From an uncultured Spirochaetota bacterium (GTDB lineage: Bacteria; Spirochaetota; Brevinematia; Brevinematales; JAOACQ01), in NCBI GenBank assembly GCA_963796325.1, contig CAWCLF010000001.1:2523242-2587241 (forward strand): a stretch of 64,000 nt of DNA, written 5' to 3'. Below, in pieces: positions 24,955-34,730 of the stretch. Under the pieces are notes generated by a model that saw nothing but the letters and a program-made list of their open reading frames with translations, was not told where the DNA came from and made no database searches. How positions within the stretch are numbered: the stretch's first letter is position 1; each line of letters begins with the position of its first letter. A program made the translations under genes and the position numbers.

Positions 24955-27795
24955 TCACCGATGTTTTGCCGAAACGAATTCTTCGTATGACAGCGGCTTA
25001 TCGATAAGCTGCCATTTCTTATTAAAATTCGTGACGCGGTTGGAAATCGACATCGGCAAATGCGACAGCACGTAATCCATCGGGGATGGAAAAAATAAAC
25101 CACCGCTTGTGTTTACAATGTACCAGAGCCCGTTTATCCGGACGGCGTTCCATCTGTTGTTCAGCCTGCGTGTTTTCGAGTCATTGGAGTTTTTCAGGAT
25201 TTTTTCATTGCCCCTGATAAAAATGCAGCTTAAACCTGTTTCTCTCGCGATGGTATTATACAAAAACGAGAAATCGCCGCTAACGCCTCTTCTTGTCTGC
25301 AGGGTTACCTCAGGGGAGCCCGGGTGTTTGCATCTTAAAACTTCTATCTGGTCCGTAATGACGGAATTTGTATCGATTTTTAAAGGATTCCAGCCGCTTC
25401 TTGACGCTTCGATATAATCATAGCTGATATTGTTTGTAATCCATGTAAATATGACCCTCGCCTTTTCAAGGTCGTTTGTTGCGCCTTTCCTGAAGTATGA
25501 CGCCAGCGATCCTACCGATGCCGCTGCTTTCGACGGCGCCCCGGCCGCATAGGCGTCTATGGATTTGAACTGTTCCTCGCCGAACGCTTCCAGGCCCGGC
25601 CCCGGATCGGCAGCTCCGGATATTTTAAGAAGATCCGCCGTATCATATTTCCCGTTGTCGGTGGCAAGGCTTAACGCGTAATTGCCGTATAAATCCACGC
25701 AATTGATGTCGGCGCCTTTTTCGATAAACAGCCTGACATAATCCTTCAGACCCTTTTCAGAAGCATACATCAGGACGGATTTCCCGTTATTATCAGCGGC
25801 ATTGATATCGGATTGCGCATTTACAAGCAACTTTATTTCATTCGTCCGGTTATCCCTGATCGCCTCCATTAAAGCTGTGCATCCGTATTTATTCCTTGCG
25901 TCGATGTCTCCATGGTTTTTGACGTACCATTCTAATATATTCGAGTCGGTGCGCCAATTGCTTGATATTATGTTGTTTGATTTCATGAATTTTTCGTACG
26001 GCAGCGGCTCATCGAGAAGCTGCCATTTCCGGGAATAAACCAGATTATTGGAATAATTATCTATAGTCATTATCGGGAAATGAGTAAAAACAAAATTTAC
26101 AGGCGGGATAAAAAATAATTTCCAGGTCGGGTCTACAAAGTACCAGAGCCCGTTAATCCGGACGGTGTTCCATTCATGACTGTCCTTTGAACCCTTAGTA
26201 TCGGCTAAACCGCTGAGGCTGACGCTCATCAAGCCCATTTCTCTCGCGAGGGTATTATATAACATTGAATAATCGTAACATATGCCTCTTCTCGTCAAAA
26301 GGGTTACATTCGGGGAGCCTATGTTCTTTAATCTTAAAATTTCAGTTTCATCGGTAATGCCGGCATTAATATTTAAATTTTTCGGATTCCAGCCGCTCCT
26401 TGCCGCTTCGACATAATCATAGCTGATATTGTTTGTTATCCAAGTGAATATGACCCTCGACTTTTCGAGGTCGTTCGTAGCACCTTTTTCCAGGTAAGAA
26501 GCCAGGGTTTTGAACGAGGATGCGACATTGGAAGGTGTGTTTACCGCGTAGGAATCCACCGACATGAACAGTTCCGGCTTATAGGTCCCGAAGCCCGGCC
26601 TGGGATCGGCTGCTCCGGACTTTTTAAGGATATCGGCGATGTCGGAACGATGATATTTCAACGCTTCAGATAAAGCGCTGAAACCGAAATCGTCAAACCA
26701 ATTGACATCCGCACCCAGATCCACGAGCATCCTGACAGAATCCTTGTACCCATTCCTGCTTGCCCAAAATATAGGCTCACCTTTATTAACGTCAGCCCCG
26801 GCTTTTTTCAGCATATCGGCGCACTCAATAATATTTGTCTCATTCCAGTATCTGGAATTAGTGCCGGTATAATTTTCAAAAGTACGGGTATAAAAATAAC
26901 CTCTGTCTCCGTCGCCGATATAGTCTGAATGTAATTTATTTTGAAATAAGCATGATAAGGCCGTCTCACCGAAAAGATCGACGGCATTTACATCCGCTCC
27001 TGCCGATATAAGAATTTTTATGGCTTCCTTTTCACCGAATAGCGCGGCGCCGATCAGCGCTGTTTCGCCGCGTTTGTTCGTTAAATTGACATTAGCTCCG
27101 GAATCGATAAGAAATTGTATCGAATTTGTATAACTGACGCCATGTTCGATATACTTTTCGATTATATGCATTAATGTTGTCATTCCATTGCTGTCGCTTT
27201 CATTGACGTCGGCGCCGGCGCTTAAAAACAGCTTCATTGCGCCGGCGTTGTTGTTGACCCCGCTCCACACTAACGGCGAAGCCCCCTCATTGTCTATTGC
27301 GTTTACCTTTGCTCCCGCCTTGATTAAAAGTTTTGCAATATCTGCATTGGAATACCATGTGGCAAAATGTAGAGGTGTTCTTCCATCTTTATTCTTATAG
27401 TTGACATCGGCTCCCGAATTGACAAGAAGCTCGATGCAGTCTATGGAAACCCATCCTTCCAAGGCTCTTTCTAAAACCGTATCTCTCGACCAGTCGGGGT
27501 CCCCGGTAACCGCATTGACATCCGCCCCCGCTTTTATAAGAAGCCTGGCCATATCCAGTGACTCCAGCTTGCCTTTCTCATTTCTGTAAACGGAATCGTA
27601 TGAAAGCGCCCATGATAACAGTGTGGCTTTATAAGCTTTGTCCTTTATATTGACATTACCGCCCTTATTTATATAATTACTGAAATAACTGATATTTCCT
27701 TTCCTGGCCGCCTCAAAAATATCCATGGAATGTAACCTCAGGGCGGGTAAAACGATCGATAAGATAACAAAATATTTTAATAACGGCTTCATCAT
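24955..27795 (-). CDS. Secreted ankyrin-repeat protein with two transglutaminase-like cysteine-protease modules
   Basis: 946 aa with signal peptide MMKPLLKYFVILSIVLPALRLHS. Many ANK repeats (G..TPLH/ALM....G....VKLLI.AGADVN). The two modules contain VIFTWITNNISYDY...TRRGICYDYS...HEWN...VDPT and ...TRRGVSGDFS...NRWN...VNTS. Confidence 0.8.
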   Translation of the reverse strand: MMKPLLKYFVILSIVLPALRLHSMDIFEAARKGNISYFSNYINKGGNVNIKDKAYKATLLSWALSYDSVYRNEKGKLESLDMARLLIKAGADVNAVTGDPDWSRDTVLERALEGWVSIDCIELLVNSGADVNYKNKDGRTPLHFATWYSNADIAKLLIKAGAKVNAIDNEGASPLVWSGVNNNAGAMKLFLSAGADVNESDSNGMTTLMHIIEKYIEHGVSYTNSIQFLIDSGANVNLTNKRGETALIGAALFGEKEAIKILISAGADVNAVDLFGETALSCLFQNKLHSDYIGDGDRGYFYTRTFENYTGTNSRYWNETNIIECADMLKKAGADVNKGEPIFWASRNGYKDSVRMLVDLGADVNWFDDFGFSALSEALKYHRSDIADILKKSGAADPRPGFGTYKPELFMSVDSYAVNTPSNVASSFKTLASYLEKGATNDLEKSRVIFTWITNNISYDYVEAARSGWNPKNLNINAGITDETEILRLKNIGSPNVTLLTRRGICYDYSMLYNTLAREMGLMSVSLSGLADTKGSKDSHEWNTVRINGLWYFVDPTWKLFFIPPVNFVFTHFPIMTIDNYSNNLVYSRKWQLLDEPLPYEKFMKSNNIISSNWRTDSNILEWYVKNHGDIDARNKYGCTALMEAIRDNRTNEIKLLVNAQSDINAADNNGKSVLMYASEKGLKDYVRLFIEKGADINCVDLYGNYALSLATDNGKYDTADLLKISGAADPGPGLEAFGEEQFKSIDAYAAGAPSKAAASVGSLASYFRKGATNDLEKARVIFTWITNNISYDYIEASRSGWNPLKIDTNSVITDQIEVLRCKHPGSPEVTLQTRRGVSGDFSFLYNTIARETGLSCIFIRGNEKILKNSNDSKTRRLNNRWNAVRINGLWYIVNTSGGLFFPSPMDYVLSHLPMSISNRVTNFNKKWQLIDKPLSYEEFVSAKHR
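24958..26622. repeat. Intragenic tandem duplication with 999-bp period (two ANK-linker-transglutaminase modules)
   Basis: Module 2 (24958-25623) and module 1 (25981-26622) are alignable at both protein and DNA level. For example, the 24-mer ATAATCATAGCTGATATTGTTTGT occurs at 25414-25437 and 26413-26436, exactly 999 nt apart. Confidence 0.8.
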
Positions 27796-27821
27796 AAAGC
27801 GCCTCCGGGTCGGAGCCTTGA

Positions 27822-29225
27822 TTATTTCCTGACGAGCAGCTTTATATCGAAAAATTCGCTGTTGACCGTGAAATTCGTAACCGGCTTTTCCGTGTAATGG
27901 CTCTTAAGATAAGCCTTGTATTCCCTGTGCCCGCCGCTCGAATTGTCACTATTCCTGTAATAATCGTCCTCGATATTGTAAAGCTCCATGCTGTTAGTAT
28001 CGAACCGATGCGTGTATGTCGAAGCATAAAAATCCCGGCCGACGAATGCGAACCATTCGTCCGGTCCTCCCAGCACGGGTATCTTTCCCGGCGGGACCAG
28101 GGCTTCGAGCATTGCTGTTTTCCTGTTGAAATCGTAAGTCCTGTTACGGTACATGACATATATGTAATTGAGCGATACGATGAGGAAGAGGGCCGCCGGG
28201 GCAAGCCTCCGGAATTTCGTTCCCTCCAGGCATGCAAAGGCCAGGAAAAGAAAAGAAACATAAAAATAGAGGGTATAGTGGTAGTTGTCGCGCGGATTTA
28301 TAAAATTGACAATGACGGACAGTACCAGGAGATATAATACGAACCTCTGTTCCTTAAACCCTTTTGTCGCAAGATACATAGCCAGGCAAAGGGCAAGAAG
28401 GACGAACACGAATACATGAAGCCTGGCCTGGAAATGGAAGAAGTAATCGGCCAGCACCGAAAAAGGCTGCGAGGCGGACCCGGTTTTGAAATTCGAATAT
28501 ATCTCTTTGAGATAGGGGTAATGCAGCAGGAGGTAATAAGCCGCGCCCAGAATAACGCCGGATATGAAAAGCGCCGCGGGCAACAGATATTTTTTAACGG
28601 AAACGAATGATCCTTTCCGCGCGGACGCAGCCATGAAAGCGGCTATGAAGACAAGCGAAAAAAGGCCCATCGGGTGGTTTTCGAAGGCGACCATGACGAA
28701 AAGTCCTGCCAGGAAAGGCTTGTTATAAACAAAAAAGAGGAAAGACAGAGACATAAGGAAGAACGTGAGGCTTTCCGGGCGGGCCAGGTTCGCCTCCCTG
28801 AAGAAGGGATCGCACCAGAGCACCAGGAGCGCGAATAAAACAGCGCTTTTGACCGTGAAATTCATTTTTCTCGTAATAAAATACCAGGAAGCCGAAGAAG
28901 CGGCGATGAAGAAGGTCGAAATAAGATGGGCGTTGCCCTTAGTCCAGCCGATCGCCTGCAGTACCGGACCGTAAATATAAGCCTGGGTCATGCCGAAAAT
29001 GTGGGGGTTCGCAAGCCCTCCGCCGAAAGTCGTTTCAGGAGGTATATGCCTGACAAGCATGTTGTAGATGAACGAGAGGGCCCATGCGTCGTCCACGTCC
29101 TCCCTTGCAAACCTGAGGTGAAGCAGTATATATGCGAGTATTACAGCGACGCTTATCAAAACGATAAGGACGATATCGGGATCGATCCTCCGCGCCGGGA
29201 TAAGCCTTTGCGAATTATCATTCAT
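27822..29225 (-). CDS. Polytopic membrane protein, GT-C-like glycosyltransferase candidate
   Basis: 467 aa with at least 10 hydrophobic segments and an acidic first-loop motif (FAREDVDDAW), as in GT-C enzymes. The C-terminal domain is soluble. Confidence 0.45.
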   Translation of the reverse strand: MNDNSQRLIPARRIDPDIVLIVLISVAVILAYILLHLRFAREDVDDAWALSFIYNMLVRHIPPETTFGGGLANPHIFGMTQAYIYGPVLQAIGWTKGNAHLISTFFIAASSASWYFITRKMNFTVKSAVLFALLVLWCDPFFREANLARPESLTFFLMSLSFLFFVYNKPFLAGLFVMVAFENHPMGLFSLVFIAAFMAASARKGSFVSVKKYLLPAALFISGVILGAAYYLLLHYPYLKEIYSNFKTGSASQPFSVLADYFFHFQARLHVFVFVLLALCLAMYLATKGFKEQRFVLYLLVLSVIVNFINPRDNYHYTLYFYVSFLFLAFACLEGTKFRRLAPAALFLIVSLNYIYVMYRNRTYDFNRKTAMLEALVPPGKIPVLGGPDEWFAFVGRDFYASTYTHRFDTNSMELYNIEDDYYRNSDNSSGGHREYKAYLKSHYTEKPVTNFTVNSEFFDIKLLVRK

Positions 29226-29413
29226 CGTATGCCTCGAAAAATATTTTATGGCAGCGTTTATATTGTAACCGGAAATTTCAGTTTGGACAAAAAAATCCGC
29301 TGTACCGATACCCGGACCGGCCTATTTCCGTAATGTCTTTTTGACAATTATTTTATGGATAACTTATAATATAATTAAATCACCCGGGGCGGGGGCATTT
29401 AATAATTTCGGAG

Positions 29414-29812
29414 GTGATAAATATGGGAAGAAAGGAAGAACTGCTATTCGATGCTGTTAAAGGCCATCTGGAAGAAGTAAAAAATATGCTATCCAAGGGC
29501 GTCGACGTCAATGCAAGAGACCGGGACGGCTGCACCCCTCTCATAATCGCATCGCAATACAAAGGGAACAAGGATATAGTGAATCTTCTCATTTCAAAAG
29601 GGGCCGACATCAATGCAAGAGATAATAAGGGAAATACCCCTCTGATTAATGCTTCACATTGCGGAATTAACGATATAGCAGAGCTTCTCATCTCCGGGGG
29701 CGCCGATGTCAATGCCAAAAATAATGACGGCATCTCTCCGCTGTCCTGGGCATTGGGTTACGGATTCAAAGATATCGCGGTAATGCTCATATCGAAAGGC
29801 GCGAAGAAATAA
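29414..29812 (+). CDS. Small cytoplasmic ankyrin-repeat protein
   Basis: 132 aa with four ANK repeats (DGCTPLIIASQYKGNKDIVNLLISKGADINARDNKGNTPLINASHCG...). RBS GGAGGTG. Confidence 0.8.
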   Translation: MINMGRKEELLFDAVKGHLEEVKNMLSKGVDVNARDRDGCTPLIIASQYKGNKDIVNLLISKGADINARDNKGNTPLINASHCGINDIAELLISGGADVNAKNNDGISPLSWALGYGFKDIAVMLISKGAKK

Positions 29813-29915
29813 GGCCCCGCATCCGTATTATCCGGATTGTCCGGAAAATTCATAGCGGAGTAATCTATTAAAGCCGTCAAATGGCTCGGATACGGCGAAT
29901 AATTAGGAGTATTAT

Positions 29916-30834
29916 ATGAAGGTATTCCTGACGGGCGGGACCGGTTATCTTGGTTCCCACATAGCAATGCTTCTCCTGAAGGAAGGGCATGAAGTCACTA
30001 TCCTGGCCCGCAGCCCGGGACTTATTCCGGCTTTTAACAATATGCCCGGACTTAAAATCGTAAAGGGAGCAATGGACAGTTTCGATATCATAAGGGAAAA
30101 TATTAAAGGGCATGACGCCTGTATTCATACGGCAAGGACTTTTTCATCGTTTTTTGCGGATGAACCTGCGTCGAATATACTGAATGTCGATGTTTATTCC
30201 TCGCTAAGGCTGTTCGAAGCGGCCGCCGAGAACGGGGTTAAAGACGCCGTTTTCGCCTCTTCGAGCATGGCCCTGGGGGACTACAGGCATAATATGAACG
30301 AGGACATGAATCTCCTTCCGTTCAATTACTACGGGTCCGCCAAGGCTTCCATCGAGTGTTTCATGCTCGGCCATGGCCCTTAAACCCGGCATGCGCTGCA
30401 ATATAATACGTCCCGGGCAGATCATGGGCAGAAAAGCCGTTGAAGGCGGAAAAGACTATTCCTATAAGTTTATAAGCGAATTCGTCGCAAAGGCTTTTAA
30501 GGGAGAAACGATCTCCGTCGTAAAACATGACGGAACGCAGCCGGTCACCGGGGAAGATCTTGCAAAGGTTTTTTTATCGGTGCTTAATTCGGGACGGAAC
30601 CGGAGAATCTATTTCGCCCTGGGAAAGCATTTCATCGACAAAGAGGCTGTAGCCCGAAAAATCATTGAAATGACCGGATCCTCATCCGGGATCGAAGTAA
30701 CGCCGAACCCGATGGAGGACGAACCGAAACTTTTCAATGTTGATAAAATGGAAAAAGAACTCGGGCTTTCGTTCGATACATGGCCCGAGATAACCGCCGA
30801 AATTGAAGAAGAGATAGGCAGGTACCCGGCATAA
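29916..30834 (+). pseudogene. NAD-dependent epimerase/dehydratase (extended SDR) interrupted by a frameshift
   Basis: MKVFLTGGTGYLGSHIA (Rossmann fold) and YGSAKASIE (YxxxK) lie in frame 1, which stops at 30381. The fold continues in the +1 frame as LKPGMRCNIIRPGQIMG. The shift is at about 30372-30378. Confidence 0.7.
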
Positions 30835-30840
30835 CGCGGC

Positions 30841-32322
30841 CTATCGCAGCCTGTATGCGCCCATCAGGTCGTCGCCGTAGATCCTGTCGGCCGGGCCTGT
30901 ATTTGTCAGGTTCTCTTTCTTGTCGATGGCATACTTGAGGCTGGAAGAGTCATTTTCATTCCATTTCCGGTGCAGGATCTCCCTGGCCGTAACTTCGTAA
31001 AAATACTTTTCATATTCGGTCCTGACCGCGAACGGCCTGCCTTCCGCATTGTCCAGGATCGCATTTATATACCCGTACTGCCTTGAAATGCTGAAAGGCC
31101 TGATTACGTCGGCAAAGTAATACAGCGACAGGACGGATCCCGCAGTTATGAAAACGGCGCTTAATAAGAGCATAATATTCCTGCGCATATTCTTTTCGAT
31201 GCGTTCGAGGAAAACCGCCGGCGGGAAAAATGCGAAGGCGAATACGGGAAAATAATAATGGATCGGATTGGCCGGGATCCCGAATACCATGAATGCGAAT
31301 ACAAGCCCGCCCAGGACAAGAAGGAAAAACACCGAGGCGCCGTACCCGGCTCCGGAGAGTCCCGGTTTGCGGAAGAACGCCGAAATGCAGTATATAAAGG
31401 CTGCCGCAGGCAGGACAAGGCTGGCCGCATAAACGGGAAGGGCCGGCCAGAGGGCGTACCACGGGATTTTTGACAGGAATTTGATGCCTTCGGACATATA
31501 CCCGCTCATCATAAAATCGAGGCTGGGGAACAGCAGCATGTATGAAAGCACGGGGAAGGAAAAACCGGCAGCCCCGTTATGCATTGAAAGAATGGCCGCA
31601 GTATTGCCGAAACGGCTGCCGAGTTCGCTTAATAGATAAGGCAGGTAAAGAGCTGCCGCCCCCGAAAGGCCGTACCAGAAAAACTTTTTATTCTTTCCCT
31701 TGTAAAAAAATACGATATATACGGCCAGAATGAGCGGGAGATAAAAAAATGCCGTGAAATGCACCTGCGATATCAGGGCGCTTAATGGAAGAAGAAGAAA
31801 GAGAGAGAGGGGGCTGTCTTTTCCAGAGAATATGTTGAGAAGCATCGATGCGAGAACGAGGGACAGCATCGCGGCGTAATAAGGATTCCACATGCCGGAT
31901 TCCATCTGCATCATCCTTGGGCTGAAAAGGAGAAGCGACGCGGTAACGGACATGGCGGCGGCGCCGAAATGCTTCCTTACCGTCCAAATGAAAAAAACCG
32001 ATGCGCACAGCATGAGCGCCGCTGAATAAATTTGAAAATATAAGGGGCTGTCGAATAATAAGGCGGGGATTGCAAGAAGTTCGTAATATCCCCCTCCGGG
32101 GATCCTTGCGCCGGTCCCGGCCAGCCCCGGGCCGACGGCCGGGACACTAAACGACGAGAATATCCTCTTTGCCTCGAGGAAATGGTCGACATCGTCCAGC
32201 ATAAGATAGTTGTTAAACCATGTGACCGACCTCGTCGCTATGAAAGCCGCTATAAAAAATAAAAGAAGGACAAACTCCTTTTTGAGATAAAAATTTTGAG
32301 TATGGGGGGCTTTATCGCTCAT
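30841..32322 (-). CDS. Polytopic membrane protein, GT-C-like glycosyltransferase candidate
   Basis: 493 aa, many TM segments, first-loop acidic motif LMLDDVDHF, soluble C-terminal domain. 4-nt overlap with the upstream gene. Confidence 0.45.
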   Translation of the reverse strand: MSDKAPHTQNFYLKKEFVLLLFFIAAFIATRSVTWFNNYLMLDDVDHFLEAKRIFSSFSVPAVGPGLAGTGARIPGGGYYELLAIPALLFDSPLYFQIYSAALMLCASVFFIWTVRKHFGAAAMSVTASLLLFSPRMMQMESGMWNPYYAAMLSLVLASMLLNIFSGKDSPLSLFLLLPLSALISQVHFTAFFYLPLILAVYIVFFYKGKNKKFFWYGLSGAAALYLPYLLSELGSRFGNTAAILSMHNGAAGFSFPVLSYMLLFPSLDFMMSGYMSEGIKFLSKIPWYALWPALPVYAASLVLPAAAFIYCISAFFRKPGLSGAGYGASVFFLLVLGGLVFAFMVFGIPANPIHYYFPVFAFAFFPPAVFLERIEKNMRRNIMLLLSAVFITAGSVLSLYYFADVIRPFSISRQYGYINAILDNAEGRPFAVRTEYEKYFYEVTAREILHRKWNENDSSSLKYAIDKKENLTNTGPADRIYGDDLMGAYRLR

Positions 32323-33998
32323 TTTTTATTCTCCCTTAAAATATCGAAGCCTTTTAAAAAAAGCCCGGCCGGACCGGTTTTCGAGATCTCAATAGCGGAG
32401 CCTCCGGCATCTCCTGTTTTCCCGAATACCGTTTCTCCCGAAGATCCCTTCAGGGCAGTTATGTTGGAACTGAATTGAATTTTTATGAAAGGGCTTTCTA
32501 TCTGGTTGAAAACCAGGGTCCCCGCATTCCCGGGGCCGAGGACGATCTTTATTTCGCTGAAATCGCGCACAGATGTAAAAAGCCCGGGGTTGCTTGCGGA
32601 AGCTATGCTGAGGCCGTGATTTTCAAGGATCGAAGGGACTTCCTTCCTGCTGAAAGGGACAGGCCGGTACTCTTCCCAGTGAGTATATTTATCGAGATTA
32701 TCCGGAGACATATTATCGATAAGTTCATTCCTGGAAAAATCAGGGTACCTGTAATATTCGAAATTCCCTCCCACCCAGATAACCTGCATGAAGACGATAG
32801 CGGCAAGGCCGGCTTTAAAAACTTTCCCGCCTTCCCTGAAAAAAAGGAAAACGAAGGCCTTCGCATAATAAATAAAGAGAATAATGGCAAGCGGTGTGAT
32901 AATCGAGAGGAGCCTCCATGGAAATTGTATGTAGCCCAGGGCCTCGATCCCCTGGTAAAGCGGCAGTGAAAGCGTAGTCACCAGGAAAAGGTAAAAAAGT
33001 AAGGCCGCAAACGTGAACGGGATGAAGCTTTCTTTTCCATCGGCGGCGGCGCCGGGCATGAAAAGCCTTCTTTTTTTTATCAGGACGGCTGCAGCCGAAA
33101 AGATCAGCGGCAGGACAAAAAAACGCCCGATCTCGACTGAATAAGGCTGCCAGGCCTCGCCCATATTATAATGGTTGTCGAAAAAGTACCTGTAAATTTC
33201 AATGAAATTGTTTTTAACCGGAAATTCTATTACAGGGTACTGCATATTGAAAATGTTCTTCAGCCCTTCGAAAGCGATAATAAAAGGCAGTCCGAACAAA
33301 ACAAGGGGAACGGCTGAAAGAAAAGGCACTGCAAAATTCTTCGACCAGTCCCTCATATGAAATATTAAAAATATTGCTAACAGGAACGATGTAAACAGGA
33401 ATATTATCGAATGGGCATAGAGGAGAAGCGTTAATAAGAGTCCCAGGACAATGAAACCCGCCATTCTAAACCGGCCCGACAGTTTCGCGAGAATATACAG
33501 CACCCAGGCGAATATCATCGATGCCGAAAATTCGGAAAAGGCCCCCCGGACAAGCCACTGGGTGTAGATATATGTTGAAAACATGAAAAGAGCGCTTCCG
33601 GCGAGGGCTGCGAAGCGGCCGGGGAAAATCTTTCTTAAGGCCAGGTAAAACCCCGTACCGCCGGCGGATAAAAAGAGGAAAACGGATATTTTAACCGATG
33701 ACAGGATGTCGCCGCTGAAGAAATTTATAATCACTATGAAATAATAATACAGGCGGTGATAAAAAAACGGCATCGGCGATCCGAGACCGTAATTCCCGTA
33801 AGCCGTCCATGCAGGGAAATACTCATGATGGAGAACGACCAGGTCGTTGAATATGCGGGCCCTTATAAAAACGGCGTTGCCGTCATGGTTGTAAGGCCAT
33901 CCCGCCCTTAAGAATACCGTGAGGCATGCAAGGAACGCCAGGGCCGCGATGCAGAGATACGGACCGGCCCTGCGCATCACAGGCTTTAAATTTTTCAT
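32319..33998 (-). CDS. Polytopic membrane protein, GT-C/YfhO-like candidate
   Basis: 559 aa, many TM segments, and a C-terminal soluble domain of about 150 aa. ATGA overlap with the HD-GYP gene at 33995-33998. Confidence 0.45.
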   Translation of the reverse strand: MKNLKPVMRRAGPYLCIAALAFLACLTVFLRAGWPYNHDGNAVFIRARIFNDLVVLHHEYFPAWTAYGNYGLGSPMPFFYHRLYYYFIVIINFFSGDILSSVKISVFLFLSAGGTGFYLALRKIFPGRFAALAGSALFMFSTYIYTQWLVRGAFSEFSASMIFAWVLYILAKLSGRFRMAGFIVLGLLLTLLLYAHSIIFLFTSFLLAIFLIFHMRDWSKNFAVPFLSAVPLVLFGLPFIIAFEGLKNIFNMQYPVIEFPVKNNFIEIYRYFFDNHYNMGEAWQPYSVEIGRFFVLPLIFSAAAVLIKKRRLFMPGAAADGKESFIPFTFAALLFYLFLVTTLSLPLYQGIEALGYIQFPWRLLSIITPLAIILFIYYAKAFVFLFFREGGKVFKAGLAAIVFMQVIWVGGNFEYYRYPDFSRNELIDNMSPDNLDKYTHWEEYRPVPFSRKEVPSILENHGLSIASASNPGLFTSVRDFSEIKIVLGPGNAGTLVFNQIESPFIKIQFSSNITALKGSSGETVFGKTGDAGGSAIEISKTGPAGLFLKGFDILRENKK

Positions 33999-34690
33999 AT
34001 GCCCTCCCCGGCCTCATCCGGGTTTATTATCCTGATCGAATGCGGAAGGTCTTCGGGGCTTATCTCTGCTATTTTTTTACCCGTCGAAGCCTCGGCGTCC
34101 CTGACGACATCCGGGATCCAGTCGGTGATAAGGTTGAAATACCTTATTATGGAGGGGCAGAACTGGCCGTTTATATGGCTGTCGATCTCCCTGACGGCGG
34201 AAACAGGATCATTACCCTTCCTGTACGGCCTGTCTGAAGTGATGGCGTCGTAACTGTCGGCCACGGCTATTATCCTCGACTCTACCGGGATTTCCTCCCC
34301 GGCTGCGCCGGCGGGATAACCCTTTCCGTCGAATCTTTCATGATGGTAAAGCACTATTCCCGCGATCTCCGAAAAGACAGGCAGCCTTTTAAGTATGGAA
34401 TAACCGATAAAAGGATGTTTCTGCATAAGCATGGTTTCTTCCGGCGTGAGCAGGCCCTGCTTATTCAAGACGTAGTCCGGCACTCCTATCTTGCCGATAT
34501 CGTGAAGATGCGCTGCTATATGGATCTTTTCGACATGCCGGTCCGCCAGGTCCATGGCTTTGGCTATCAGGACGGATATCGCCGCTACCCTCTCCGAATG
34601 TATGTAAGTATAAGGGTCCCTGACATTGAGAATATTTATAATGGTATCGATGAGCTCATGCACTTTTAAATACTGATCATTGTAACCCAT
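33995..34690 (-). CDS. Stand-alone HD-GYP domain protein (c-di-GMP phosphodiesterase type)
   Basis: HSERVA...HLHDIGKIGVPDYVLNK...HPFIGYSIL...LYHHERFDGKGYP gives the full HD and HHExxDGxGYP signatures. Confidence 0.85.
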   Translation of the reverse strand: MGYNDQYLKVHELIDTIINILNVRDPYTYIHSERVAAISVLIAKAMDLADRHVEKIHIAAHLHDIGKIGVPDYVLNKQGLLTPEETMLMQKHPFIGYSILKRLPVFSEIAGIVLYHHERFDGKGYPAGAAGEEIPVESRIIAVADSYDAITSDRPYRKGNDPVSAVREIDSHINGQFCPSIIRYFNLITDWIPDVVRDAEASTGKKIAEISPEDLPHSIRIINPDEAGEGI

Positions 34691-34730
34691 ATTAACCCGT
34701 CAAAAAATGTTTTAAGGGCTGTTTAAACCC

